Shown: positions 52,011 through 63,547 of the stretch, piece after piece
Position numbering within the stretch: the stretch's first letter is position 1
Layout of the letters: each line of letters starts with the position of its first letter
From: Lama guanicoe
Lineage: Eukaryota
Direction: 5' to 3'
NCBI GenBank assembly: GCA_013239625.1
Contig: MU053513.1
Coordinates: forward strand, 3,826,303-3,890,302
DNA length: 64,000 nt
Notes under the pieces: model-generated
The model's input: the letters and a program-made list of their open reading frames with translations, nothing else
Databases searched by the model: none
Told to the model about the DNA's origin: nothing
Program-made: the position numbers and the translations under genes

Positions 52011-54147
52011 CCTATTTACTTTTTAAAGAAATCATTATGGCAGCTGCGTTAATTTGTTATTATTATTTTTATAATAACTTTATTAAGATGTAGTTCACAT
52101 CCTATAAAATTCACCTTTAAAGTGTACAGTTCAGTGGTTTTTACTATATTTATTCACAGAACTGTACAATCATTATCACCATCTAATTTTAGAATATTTT
52201 CAGAAGTCCAGAAAGAAACCAGCACCTGTTATCAGTCTCTTCTCGTTCGCCTCCTCCAGCCCCTGGCAACCACTGATCTAATTCTGTCTTTGTGGATTTA
52301 CTTATTCTGGATATTTCATATAAACAGATTATACAGTACATGGTCTTTTGTGACTGGCTTCTTTCATAATGTTTTCAAAGTTCATCCATTTTACAGCAAG
52401 CATGTTTCATGCTGTGACATATGTTACAGCATACAACAGAACATGTACTCATTTGTTTTTAGAGATGAGTAATATTCCATTGTATGAATTTACCAGATTT
52501 TGTCTATACATTTATCAGTTGATGGACATTTGGGTTGTTTCCATTTTATGATCATTACTACTATGAACATTTATGTACAAGTTTTTATGTGGACAAGTGT
52601 TTCTGTTTTTCTTGGGAGTATACCTATGAGTGGAATTTCTAGGTCATATGGTAACTTTAAATTTAATATTTTGAGGAATAGTCAAAGTGTTTTCCAAAGA
52701 GGGTGGACCATTTTACAATCCCACTAGCAGAGCACAACAGTTTTAATTTCGCTATAGTCATTTTAAGCACTTGTTATATGTCTTTTTTATTTTATTTTTA
52801 AAATTTTAACTATCCTAGTTGTGAAGTGCTTTATCATTGTGGTTTTCACTTTCATTTACCTAATGACTACTGATGTTGAGCATCTTTTCATATGTTTTTG
52901 GCTATTTGCATGTATTCTTCAGAAAAATGTCTGTTCAGACCCTTGGTCCATTTTTCACTTGTGTTGTTTGTATTATTGACTTGTAAGGGTTTTTTATATA
53001 GTCTTGATACAAGTCCCTTATCAGATATGTGATTTGCAAATATTTTCTCTCTGCCTGTGAGTTGTCTTTTCCACCATCCCCCCTTGGTAGTATCCTTTGA
53101 AGAAAAGTGATTTGTATGAGTCTAATTTATCTATTTTTTTTCATTAAGAAATCATTGCCTAATACAAAGTGATGAAGAAGAACTTTTCTGTGTGTGTTTT
53201 TCCCAAGAGTTTTATAGTTTAAACTCTTATATTTAGGTCTATAATCCATCTTTGAGTTAATTTTTATATATGGTGTATGGTAGGAGTTCAACTGCATTCT
53301 TCTGTATGTGGATAACAAATGGCTTCAGCACCATTTGTTGAGAAGGCTATTCTTTCTCTCTTGAGTTTTGGCACTCTTGTCAAAGATTAAAGACCATAAA
53401 GTTTGGGTTTATTTCTTGACTTTCAGTTCTGTCCCACTGGTATACTGTCTAGTCTTTTACTGGCACTGTGCTGTCTTGATTCCTGTAGATTTGTAGTAGG
53501 TTTTGAAATTAAGAAGTATAAATTCTCCAGTTTGGTTCTTACTCAAGATTGTTTTGGTTGTTTAGGGCCCTTTGCATTTCCATATGAATTTTGGGATCAG
53601 TTTGTTAATTTCTGCAGAAAAGCAGCTGGGATTTTGATGGAGCTTGCTCTGAATTTGTAGATCAGAGTTTAATGAATATTGCCATTGCAGCAATATTAAA
53701 TCTTCAGCTCTGTGAACATGGATGACTTTACATTTATTTGGATTTTCTTTGATTTCTTTCAACAATGTTTTATAGTTTCAGGTGTTTTCTTTTGTTAAGT
53801 CTATTCCTAGGTATTTAATTCTTTTATTTTAACATTTTTTATTGATTTATAATTATTTTACAATGTTGTGTCAAATTCTAGTGTAGTGCACAATTTTTCA
53901 GTTATACATGAACATATATATATATTCATTGTGACATTTTTTTCTCTGTGAGCTACCATAAGATCTTGTGTACATTTCCATGTGCTATACAGTATAATCT
54001 TGTTTATCTGTTCTACAATTTTGAAATCCCATCTATCCCTTCTCACCCTCCGCCCCCTTGGCAACCACAAGTTTGTATTCTATGTCTGTGAGTCTGTTTC
54101 TGTTTTGTATTTATGCTTTCTTTATTTGTTTTTGTTTTTGCTTTTTT

Positions 54148-54516
54148 TTAGATTCCACATATGAGCGATCTCATATGGTATTTTTCTTTCTCTTTCTGGC
54201 TGACTTCACTTAGAATGACATTCTCTAAGAGCATCCATGTTGCTGCAAATGGTGTTATGTTCTCGGTTTTTATGGCTGAGTAGTATTCCATTGTATAAAT
54301 ATACCACTTCTTCTTTATCCAGTCATCCGTTGATGGACATTTAGGCTGTCTCCATGTCTTGGCTATTGTAAATAGTGCTGCTATGAACATTGGGGTGCAG
54401 GTGTCATCCTGAAGTAGGGTTCCTTCTGGCTATATGCCCAGGAGCGGGATTCCTGGGTCATACGGTAAGTCTATTCCTAGTCTTTTGAGGACTCTCCATA
54501 CTGTTTTCCACAGTGG
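54148..54516 (-). pseudogene. L1 ORF2p extreme C-terminus
   Basis: [41 protein letters not shown]...LSEVSQKEKEKYHMRSLICGI*. Confidence 0.93.
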
Positions 54517-54659
54517 CTTTCCTTGCTTCCCTCTCCCGCTCTTAATGATTTAGATGTCTTCTTTTACAATTTTGTGTTTATTCTTTTTGTAATTCATGGC
54601 AGTTATCTCCTTTCCAGTTACGAGTTTCTTATTTTTGTAGCATCCTGCTTCTTTTCTAT

Positions 54660-55549
54660 TTAGAGTAGACCTGCCAATATTTCTTTTAGCATGGGTTTAG
54701 TGTTGCTAAACTCTTTTAGTTTTTGCTTGTCTGTGAAGTTCTTTTTCTCTCCTTCTATTCTAAAGGATAGCCTTGCTGGATAGAGTATCCTAGGCTGCAT
54801 CTTTTTTTCATTCAGGACTATGAATATATCTTGCCACTCCCTTCTGGCCTGTAGTGTTTATGTAGAGAAATAAGCTGAGAGCCTTATGGGGGTTCCCTTG
54901 TAACTCACTCTGTTATTCTCTTGCTGCCTGTAGGGTCATTTCTTTATTTTTGACTCTGGCCATCTTGATTATGATATGTCTTGGTGTGTGTCTGTTTGGG
55001 TTCTTCCTGTTTGGGACCCTCGGAGCCTCCTGTACTTAGATATCTGATTCCTTCTTTAAGTTTGGGAAGTTTTCAGTCATGATTTCTTCAAATACTTTTT
55101 CAATCCCCTTTGTTCTTTCTTCCCCTTCTGGAACCCCTATTATGCGTAGATTGGCATGCTTTATATTGTCCCACAGGTCCCTTATATTGTTTTCATTGTT
55201 TTTTTATTTGTTTTTCTCTCAGCTGTTCTGATTGGGTGCTTTCTGTTGTCCTGTCTTCGAGATCACTTATTTGTTCCTCTGCATTAGCTAGCCTGCTTTG
55301 TACAGCCTTTAGGTCAGCTCTCATCTCAGCAAATGAGTTTACTAATTCTACTTGGTTCTTTATAGCTTCAATTTCATTTTTGACATATTTTATATCTCTA
55401 AACACTATTTCTTATAGTTCCTTCAGTACTTTGATCACTCCTTTTTTGAAATCTTAATCTAGTACTCCATCAATGTCTATTTCTTTGATTGTGCTTTCAG
55501 GGGATTTCTCTTGATCTTTTAATTGGGAGTGGTTCCTCTGCTTCTTCAT
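54660..55549 (-). pseudogene. L1 ORF1p remnant with several stops and frameshifts
   Basis: MKKQRNHSQLKDQEKSP...AEEQISDLED...IRDLWDNIKHANLRIIGVPEGEE...MTENFPNL...TPRHIIIKM...FTDKQKLKEFSNTKPMLKEILAGLL*; at least four in-frame TAA stops and two frameshifts by manual translation. Confidence 0.92.
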
Positions 55550-58500
55550 CTTGCTCACATCTCCCTGGCACTGTGGCTTAAGGAGTATCAGTTATCTAGT
55601 TCTCCTGGAGACAGTGTGCTCTTAATGATTTTATCGAGAGGTCTTTGTGTCTTCGCCCTGTTTCACGAACTCAGCTTGCTGTTTCCAGAGGCCCTCTGTT
55701 GGCGCCCTTGTCTGTGCTGCTCCCAGTGGCTGTTGGCTAGATTACGCCCCCTCCTAACACTGGGTCAGGAGCTGAGCTCTTACCCAGTGGGCGGGCAGGT
55801 CACTGCCCCTCCCGATGCCACAGTCAGATGCTGTGCTTGGGAGAGACAGGTGGGCGCCCCCTCCCAGCACCATGGTCAGGTGCTGCGTTCTTGCCAGGAA
55901 GGGGGGTGGCTGCCCACCCTCTCCTGGCGCCAGTCGCCCTGCTGCTCTGTGCAGCTGCCTGCACCACCTTGGGTTGGTGCTCCGAAGGAGGGCTCGGAAG
56001 ACCGCTAAACGGCCCCACCTGTGCTCCGTGCCAAATCTCAGTTCCTTGTTTGTCTTGGTGGCGTAAGTTCTCTGAGGTGCCAGGGCAGAAAGATCCTATC
56101 TGCCTCGGGCTGTAAGCAAGTCTCAGTCCGGCCTAGGAGGTTGTGGAGCCCCTGGTTGCGGATTCAGGTCTCGGTCCCGCCCCTGCCCGGGCACTGCGCA
56201 TAGGAGGATACGGTGGCAGTGGCTACACGCTGCCTCTCTTCTCGCAAGAAGTGCCAGTAATGGTGGTGCAAGTCTGAGGAGACAAAGGTTATGGCCCCCT
56301 CTCCCCCCAGGGCACACCAGCAGTGTTGGTTTGCTTTTTTCACAATTTATGGGGGATCGAGGTTGTCCTGCTCTGTATCCCCTCCCAGCCACGGCACACA
56401 GCACCCTGCTGTCCCCTGGGGCTGCCTCAGTGCAGCTGCCCCAGTCCTCCGCCCGGCTTGAGCGGCCTGTCCCGGCCCCCAGCTGCTGGCTCACCAGCTC
56501 ACGTCTCAGGCTGGGTGTCGCGTGGACCCTTTGTGCCGATTTAACTTAGTCCTGTCAGTCAAGGGGTGCTCGGGGCAGATCTGAGCCTTGGAGGCTCCCC
56601 CTCCGTCCCACTGGTCTCTCTGTTGGAGTGGGGAGACCCAGCGAAGGAATGCCAGTCCTCCTTTGCCACTCCTTTCCCATGGGACCAGTCCTGCACTGTT
56701 TTGCTTTTTCTTCTTTCTTTTTTCTTTTTGTTCTACAAGATTTTTGGTGTCTTTTTCTTTCGAAGAGGATGATGTTTTGTCGGCAGATGTGCTGGTTGGC
56801 TGAATGGGTCCGTAGATGTAGGTTTTGGTGTATTTGTGGGAGAGGGTGAGCTACAAGCGTCCTTCTACTCCGCTATCTTGCTTCTCTTGTTGATCTTTTT
56901 TAAAATCACTTTTCTGTTCTCTAATTTGTATTGCTCTAATCTTTATAATTTCTTTCTATCTCCTTACTTTAGGTTTAATTTTCTCTTCTTTTTCTAGTTT
57001 CTTAAAGATGAAGTTTAGTTTATTGATTTTAGATCTTTCATCTTTTTTTAATATAGGTGTTTACAGTTTTAAATCTTCCTCTAACCACTGCTTTAGCTGT
57101 GTCGCATAAGTTTTGATATATTGAGTTTTTTTCATTCATCACAAAATATTTTAAAATTTCCTTCTGATTTCTTCTTTGATCCAATGCATATTTAGGAATG
57201 TGTATTTAAATTCCACATATTTGTATATTTCCCAAGTTTCTTTTGGTTCCTTTGATTCCTAACTTTATTCTATTGTGTTTGGAGCACATACATGGTCTGT
57301 TCTGGAGAATGCTCCATGTACACCTGATAAAAATGTGTATTATGTTGTTGCACAGCATGTTCTATTGATCTATAAATGTCTTTTAGGTCTAGTTGGTTTA
57401 TGGTATTGTTCAAGTCTTCTATTTCCTTGCTGGTCTTCTATCTAGTTGTTCTATTTACTAGTGCAATATTGGAGTCGCTAACTATTGTTGTTGATGTGTC
57501 TATCTCTCCCATCAATTCTGTGAGTTTTTGCCTCATGTGTTTTTGAGTTCTGTTGCTAAGTACATATGGGTTTATAATAATTATATCTTCCTGATAGATT
57601 GATCTTTTTATTGTTATAAAATGTTCTTCTTTGAATTAGCAAATATTTTTGTCTTAAAGTCTGTTTTGTCTAATGTTAGTCATGCCAGCTCTCCTGGCTA
57701 TTGCTTGCCTGGTATATATTTTTTAGTCCTTTTAGATGCAACTTATATGTGTCTATAAATTATGAGTGTCTTTTCTAAACAGCAAATATTTTGATTTCTT
57801 TAAACCTTTATGCTGATCTCTGTCTTTTAGTGTTGAATTCAATTACATTTAATATAATTTAGAATAAGTTATGATTTATGCATGACAGTTTGCTATTTGT
57901 GTCCTCTTTATTCCTTAATTTTTCTATTTGTGCCTTATTTTGTATTAAATAGATATTTTTCTAGTATGCCCGTTTAAATTACTTGTTTATTTTATACATA
58001 CCTCTCTATTTTTTTAGTTATTTTCTTAGTTGTTGCCTTGGGGATCACAATTCTCATTTTAACTTAAAACAATCTAATTCAGATTAATTAATCCCACCTT
58101 AATTTCAACAATGAACAAAAACTTTGTTCTAGTAATGCTTCTTTCTCTCTGCTCCTTTGTGTTATTGTTATCATACAAATTACATCTTTATACATTTTAA
58201 GTTCATCAACACATAATTATTGCTTTATGCAGTTATCTTTCAAATAAGAGAAAGAGTTACAAACAAAAATACATTTTATGGTCTTTTATTACATATGTAG
58301 TTATCTTTTTTGGTGCATTTCATTTCTTTATTTGGGTCTGTGTTACTGACTAGTATCCATTTATTTTTGTCTAAAGGACTCCTTTTAATATTTCTTGTGG
58401 GGCTAGTGACAAAATATCTGTGTGGTTTTTTAAAAAATCTGGAATGCTTTAATTTCTCCTGCATTTTTGAGTGATAGTTTTGTGTTTATAGAATTTTGGG

Positions 58501-59124
58501 TTAACATTCTTTTTCTTTCAACACTTGGAATATGTCCTCCTACTGCCTACTAGGCTCCATAATTGCTGATGAGAAGTCAGCTGTTAATTTTATTGAGGAT
58601 CCCTTGAATGTGATGAGTTGTTTTTCTCTTGCTGCTTTGAATAGTCACTCTTTGTCTTTGATTTTCAACATTTTGACTGTGATGGACTTAAGCATGGATC
58701 TCTGAGTTTATCTCATTAGAGTTCATTGAGCTTGGTTGTGTAGATTAAAGTTTTTCATCAAATTAGAACTTTTAGTCATTTTTTTCTTCAAATATTCTTT
58801 CTATTTTCTCTTTTTCTTGCCATTATAAATACCTTGGGATGTTTGATAATGTTTTATAGTTCTCTGAGGCTTTATTCATATTTTCCTCATTTTTTTTCTG
58901 TTCTTCTGATTGGATAATCTCAATTGACCTGTCTTCAAGTTTGCTGATTCTTTCTTTTACTAGTCTGCTCAGTCTTCTTTTGAGACCCTCTAGTGGATTT
59001 TAATTTTAGTTATCATACTTTCAAACTCCAGAATTTCAATTAGCTTTTTAAAAATACTTTCTATTTCTTTACTGGTATTCCCTATTTGGTGAAGGAGTGT
59101 TCTTATATTTTCCTTAAATTCTTT

Positions 59125-59920
59125 TTTTTTTAACATTTTTTTATTGAGTTGTAGTCATTTTACAATGTTGTGTCAATTTCTAGTGTAGAGCACAACTTTT
59201 CAGTTATACATGAACATACATCTATTCATTGTCACATTTTTTTCCACTACGAGCTACCACAAGATCTTGTATATATTTCCCTGTGCTATACAGTATAATC
59301 TTGTTTATGTATTCTACATATGCCTGTCAGTATCTACAAATTTCGAACTCCCAGTCTGTCCCTTACCAGTCCCTCCCCCTTGGCAATCTCAAGTTTGTAT
59401 TCTATGTCTGTGAGTCTGTTTCTGTTTTGTATTTATGTTTTTTTGTTTTTTTTTTTTAGATTCCGCATATGAGCGATCTCATATGGTATTTTTCTTTCTC
59501 TTTCTGGCTTACTTCACTTAGAATGACATTCTCCAGGACAATCCATGTTGCTGCAAATAGTGTTATGTTGTCGGTTTTTGGGGCTGAACAGTATTCAATT
59601 GTATAAAATACCACATCTTTATCCAGGCTTCTGTTGATGGGCATTTAGGCTGTTTCCATGTCTTGGCTATTGTAAATAGTGCTGCTATGAACACTGGGGT
59701 GCAAGTGTCTTTTTCAAGTAGGGTTCCTTCTGGATATATGCCCAGGAGTGGGATTTCTGGGTCATATGGTAAGTCTATTCTTAGTCTTTTGAGGAGTCTC
59801 CATACTGTTTTCCACAGTGGCTGCACCAAACTGCATTCCCACCTGCAGTGTAGGAGGGTTCCCTTTTCTCCACAGCCTCTCCAGCATTTGCATTTGTGGA
59901 CTTTTGAATAATGGCCATTC
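59125..59920 (-). mobile_element. 5'-truncated young L1 (~800 bp), same family as 53826-56886, with perfect 16-bp TSD
   Basis: TSD tttccttaaattcttt at 59109-59124 and 59921-59936; poly(A) tail; ORF2 end [32 protein letters not shown]...[19 protein letters not shown]. Confidence 0.95.
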
Positions 59921-60799
59921 TTTCCTTAAATTCTTTAGACACCATTCCTTTAGTTCTTTGAACATATTTATGGTAGTTTATTTAAAATCTTTGTTCAGTA
60001 AGTCCAACATCCCAACTTCCTCAGACATAGTTCCTTTTGATTGCTTTTTTTCTCTGTGTATGGTCCATAGTTTCCTGTTTCTTGCATGACTCATAGTGTT
60101 TTACTTGAAACTAGACATTTAGAATAATTTAATATGACAGCTCTTGAAATCAGATCCTCTCCTCTCCAGGGTTTGTTGTTGCTGTTGGTTGTTGTTGTTT
60201 CTTTGTTAAGTCACTTTCTGAGATGAATTCTCTAAAATCTGTATTCCTTATTGTATGTTGCCACTCAAGTCTCTGTTCAGGTGGCTTGGTGGTCAGTGAA
60301 AGTCAGTATTTTGTTTTTAAATATATAAACTCTCCTTGAATTGTTGCAAGCTTTTGGTTAATTTTCAGAGTTCTGAAAAAGTTGATTTTGGCAATTGTTT
60401 TCCAATGTTTGCATTGCTTTTATAGAGGAGTAGATTTTCAGAGAGCTTTACTTTGCCATTCCAGAAATGCTTCCTTTTGCATTATTCACCATTTACTTTT
60501 ACCAAGGCTAATGGAAAAATGTACCCCTCTGAGGATGCCTCACCGTACTTGCCTCACATCATTTTTTTCCAGCAAGGCTGTTGAAGTCTGTAGAGCTGAC
60601 CATCAGATTATCTTCTTGTGGGCATAGAATTTTATTTTGAATTCATTTTTGTATAACATTATTCAAGGGTACCTACTGTATATCACTAAAAGCTACATTA
60701 GACCTGGTGACTAAATCTTATTTCTCCCATCTATTCTACTTTTCTCTAATGTAAATGTGCTTTCCTCAACCCTCTGGGTCATCTTGCAGAGATAATAAT

Positions 60800-61010
60800 A
60801 ATAAAATCTAAATGTAATTGCTATTTATTGTCAGCAGTTTTATTAAGTAAGTGCTTTGCTTGCATTATCTTATTTGATGTTCATAATAATTTTATATCGT
60901 CAGTACTTTCATGAGCTGAAGAGGAAACTGAAGTTGAAAAGATCAAGCAACTTGTCCAAGGTCATCCAGCTAGTAAGTAGCAAAGCTGGTACTCAAACTC
61001 AGAAAGTCTC
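60800..61010 (-). mobile_element. MIR SINE
   Basis: tgaagaggaaactgaagttgaaaagatcaagcaacttgtccaaggtcatccagctagtaagtagcaaagctgg. Confidence 0.85.
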
Positions 61011-62809
61011 AATGTAGAAATCATGCATTCTGCATGCAGTGACTACATTCTGCTGATCTTTACCTCACAGAGATATCAGGAAATAGGAGGGTCTGGAATG
61101 TGGAGGCAGACTAAATTAATCTCTGTGGGCTCTATTAATAGAGACATTTTTGGCACTATAAATCTATATTCTTTTTCACCTTTGCAGATCTTTCCTACGG
61201 TACTCCTGTGAGAAATCTTTGGAGCTGCTTTGTTAATTAATCTAAATAGTTATATAGAGAAATTATAGATATTCTGGGCACATGGGCTCAAATATCACAT
61301 GAAATTATTTTGGGGATTTAAATGTGAAGATAGAAGTAAGAGGAATTTGTAGACTAGAATATTTCTATTGGGTAGAATAATTTAATGATTTTTGGATGAA
61401 GAGAATTAAAATGGCAAGTATATGCCTTTTACATAATGGACAATATACTAGATAAATGAATGAGAAATGTTTTATATGAAATTATGGAGAATATTTTAAA
61501 TAATTAAAATCAAGGTAAGTATATTTTTCTTGATTTTGTGACATAAAACTTGTAAAAAAGTAGTTTATTTTCTCTAAGAAAATTATGATTTTCTTAATGA
61601 TGCTTATAATCACAAATTTCTGAACTTGGAATTATAGTGTTAAATGCAACCACATTTAAGTTTTTGAGGAAAAATGCTGCACTCTAGGAACCGTAAAAAT
61701 ATTCATGTACAAGTGATATTCTTTTCATTTATTTTAAGGAAATAAAGTTAACTTATGTGGCTTAGAGAAACCATGAATTGAAACCTTTTTGCCAAACTCA
61801 AAGTAAAACAAACTATGCAGACTTTTTTCTAATTATAGAATATGCGTACACTGATGTTATTTAAAGATACAAGCAATTTTGTTTACTAATGAGTGCATTG
61901 ATACACTTAATATTTGAAAGAGTGGCATTTTACATGGAATTTTTTGCTATTGATGTTCTTGTTTTTTCTTTCATTTGAAGGAAGAATCACATTAATTTTA
62001 TAGAGATTTCATGGTCACTTTCGGTTTACCATGGATGAAGATATTAATAACATTTTCTTTAAGGCGTTTGCTTTGAGTTACCTAAGAAACTCCTTAGTAA
62101 CTAATAAAAAAGGACCAAAGAGTGAAAGAAATGTTCTGAAATATTTCTTCAGGTTAGGGTCGCTGGACTTCCCACATGTGGTAGCTGGTTTGTTGTCAGC
62201 AACCATACTCCTCTGCCTGGCCACTGTGCAGAGCTGAGGAGAGCAATCTTATAGTCTGGCTGTGTGCTGCTATATCTGTTTGGAAGTCTGGTGGATGTGC
62301 ATTCTTGTAAGCAATACACTCCAGCTCATAAGCTTATGCTCCTGTTGCTTGGTTTGGTTTGCTCTCTTAGTCATATGTCCCCAGCCAGTTGGCCTGGAAA
62401 TGGCTAGAAAGGCCTATGAGAACTGCTGCTGACCATAGAGCATGGGGCAGTTTAGACTTTCCCTCCATAAAACAGAGATAATGGAAATCTGGCTACCCAG
62501 AAGCAACCTTGCACAGCTGCCTCCCATCAAATTGCAGTCAGCTAATCCTACTGGAAGATTAGCTGTTAGAGACTGTTTAGGCAGATTATTGGATCAACAT
62601 TTTCTGGCTTGTAGCCCTGCCAGGTGCTTCAAGTTTTGCCAGATTTACCAGAGATTTTTCCTCTGAGTGTTCCACCAGCCGTTGAACTCTGGGGACGTGG
62701 ACTTTGAACAATAAAGCTTACTCCTTCAGCATTCTGTCAGTTGCAGGTGTTTTTCTGCTGTGTGTTTCTGGCCACAGTAGTTGCAGAGACATAGGTCCAT
62801 CAAGGAGGA

Positions 62810-63005
62810 GGTTTTGTGTAATAGTTAGGAATATCTGCTGTGGAATTAAGCCAATCTGAATTTGAATCCTGGCTTTAACACCTACGAGTCCTGTGACTAG
62901 TTTTCTCTTTTGTAAAGTGGGGTAGTGTCTTTTTTTTTATAGGTTGTGAAAAGGTTTAAGCTAGTAAATACATATAAAGGGTTTAACATAGTATCTGACA
63001 AATAA
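62810..63005 (+). mobile_element. MIR SINE
   Basis: tttgaatcctggctttaacacctacgagtcctgtgactagttttctcttttgtaaagtgggg. Confidence 0.75.
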
Positions 63006-63199
63006 AAATCCAAATTGTTCTGGGAAGTTTTGACATTGTCCTAATGACTTGATAAGTGGTATTGTTTGGGATAACACATGACGTTTTATCGAAGCCGTTG
63101 ATTAATCAGAATACTCCATTCCAGATGACATTAATTGTAATATAAATAAATTCTAGTTTCTGAACTTTTGCTTATGGTATCCTTTATTCAAACAATAAC

Positions 63200-63547
63200 T
63201 GTCCTAGTCTATTTGGGGTTCTATAACAAAATGTCATAGTCAGGCTAGCTTATAAATACCAGAAATTTATTTCTGGCAGTTCTGGAGGCTGAAAGTCTGA
63301 GATCTGGGTGCCACCATGGTCAAGTGAGGCCTTTCTTCTGGGTCGCAGACATCTTATATTCTCCCATGCTAAAAGTGGCTGGAGAGCTCTGTGGGGCCTA
63401 TTTTATAAGAGCACTAACGCTATTTATGAGGGCTCCATCCTCATGATCTAATCAGTTCCCTAAGGCCCCACCTCCTAACACCGTCACATTGGGCATTAGG
63501 ATTCCACCATGTGAGTTTTGGGGGAAACAAACATTCAAATCATGTCA
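63200..63547 (-). mobile_element. MaLR solo LTR (MLT1A-like)
   Basis: TG...CA termini; cagaaatttatttctggcagttctggaggctgaaagtctgagatc; perfect 5-bp TSD ATAAC (63195-63199 / 63548-63552). Confidence 0.92.

Larger units (their letters stand above)
53826..56886 (-). mobile_element. Younger L1 with complete 5'UTR and ORF1 but ORF2 almost entirely missing (~3.06 kb, half-L1-like)
   Basis: 5' end GAGAAGCAAGATAGCGGAGTAGAAGG (YY1-type motif); GC/CpG-rich 5'UTR 55550-56886; ORF1 54660-55549; 143-nt spacer joined directly to the last ~370 nt of ORF2 (54148-54516); 3'UTR with AATAAA and short A tail. Confidence 0.92.
52065..60470 (-). mobile_element. Near-full-length older L1 (L1MB-like) interrupted by two younger L1s; about 1.2 kb of ORF2 absent at the first insertion
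   Basis: 3'UTR at 52065; ORF2 C-terminal half to ~53825 (RIKYLGIDLT); ORF2 N-terminal part from 56887 (KKINK); ORF1 remnants ~58380-59108 (ggatcccttg...ctcttgctgcttt) continuing at 59937. Confidence 0.85.

Noticed and set aside
44921..53765. Hydrophobic + strand ORFs
   Set aside because: Mostly antisense readings of T-rich L1 sequence; not genes.
55523..56849. Many overlapping 60-161 aa ORFs on both strands
   Set aside because: All lie in the GC-rich L1 5'UTR, where stop codons are rare; no recognisable protein.
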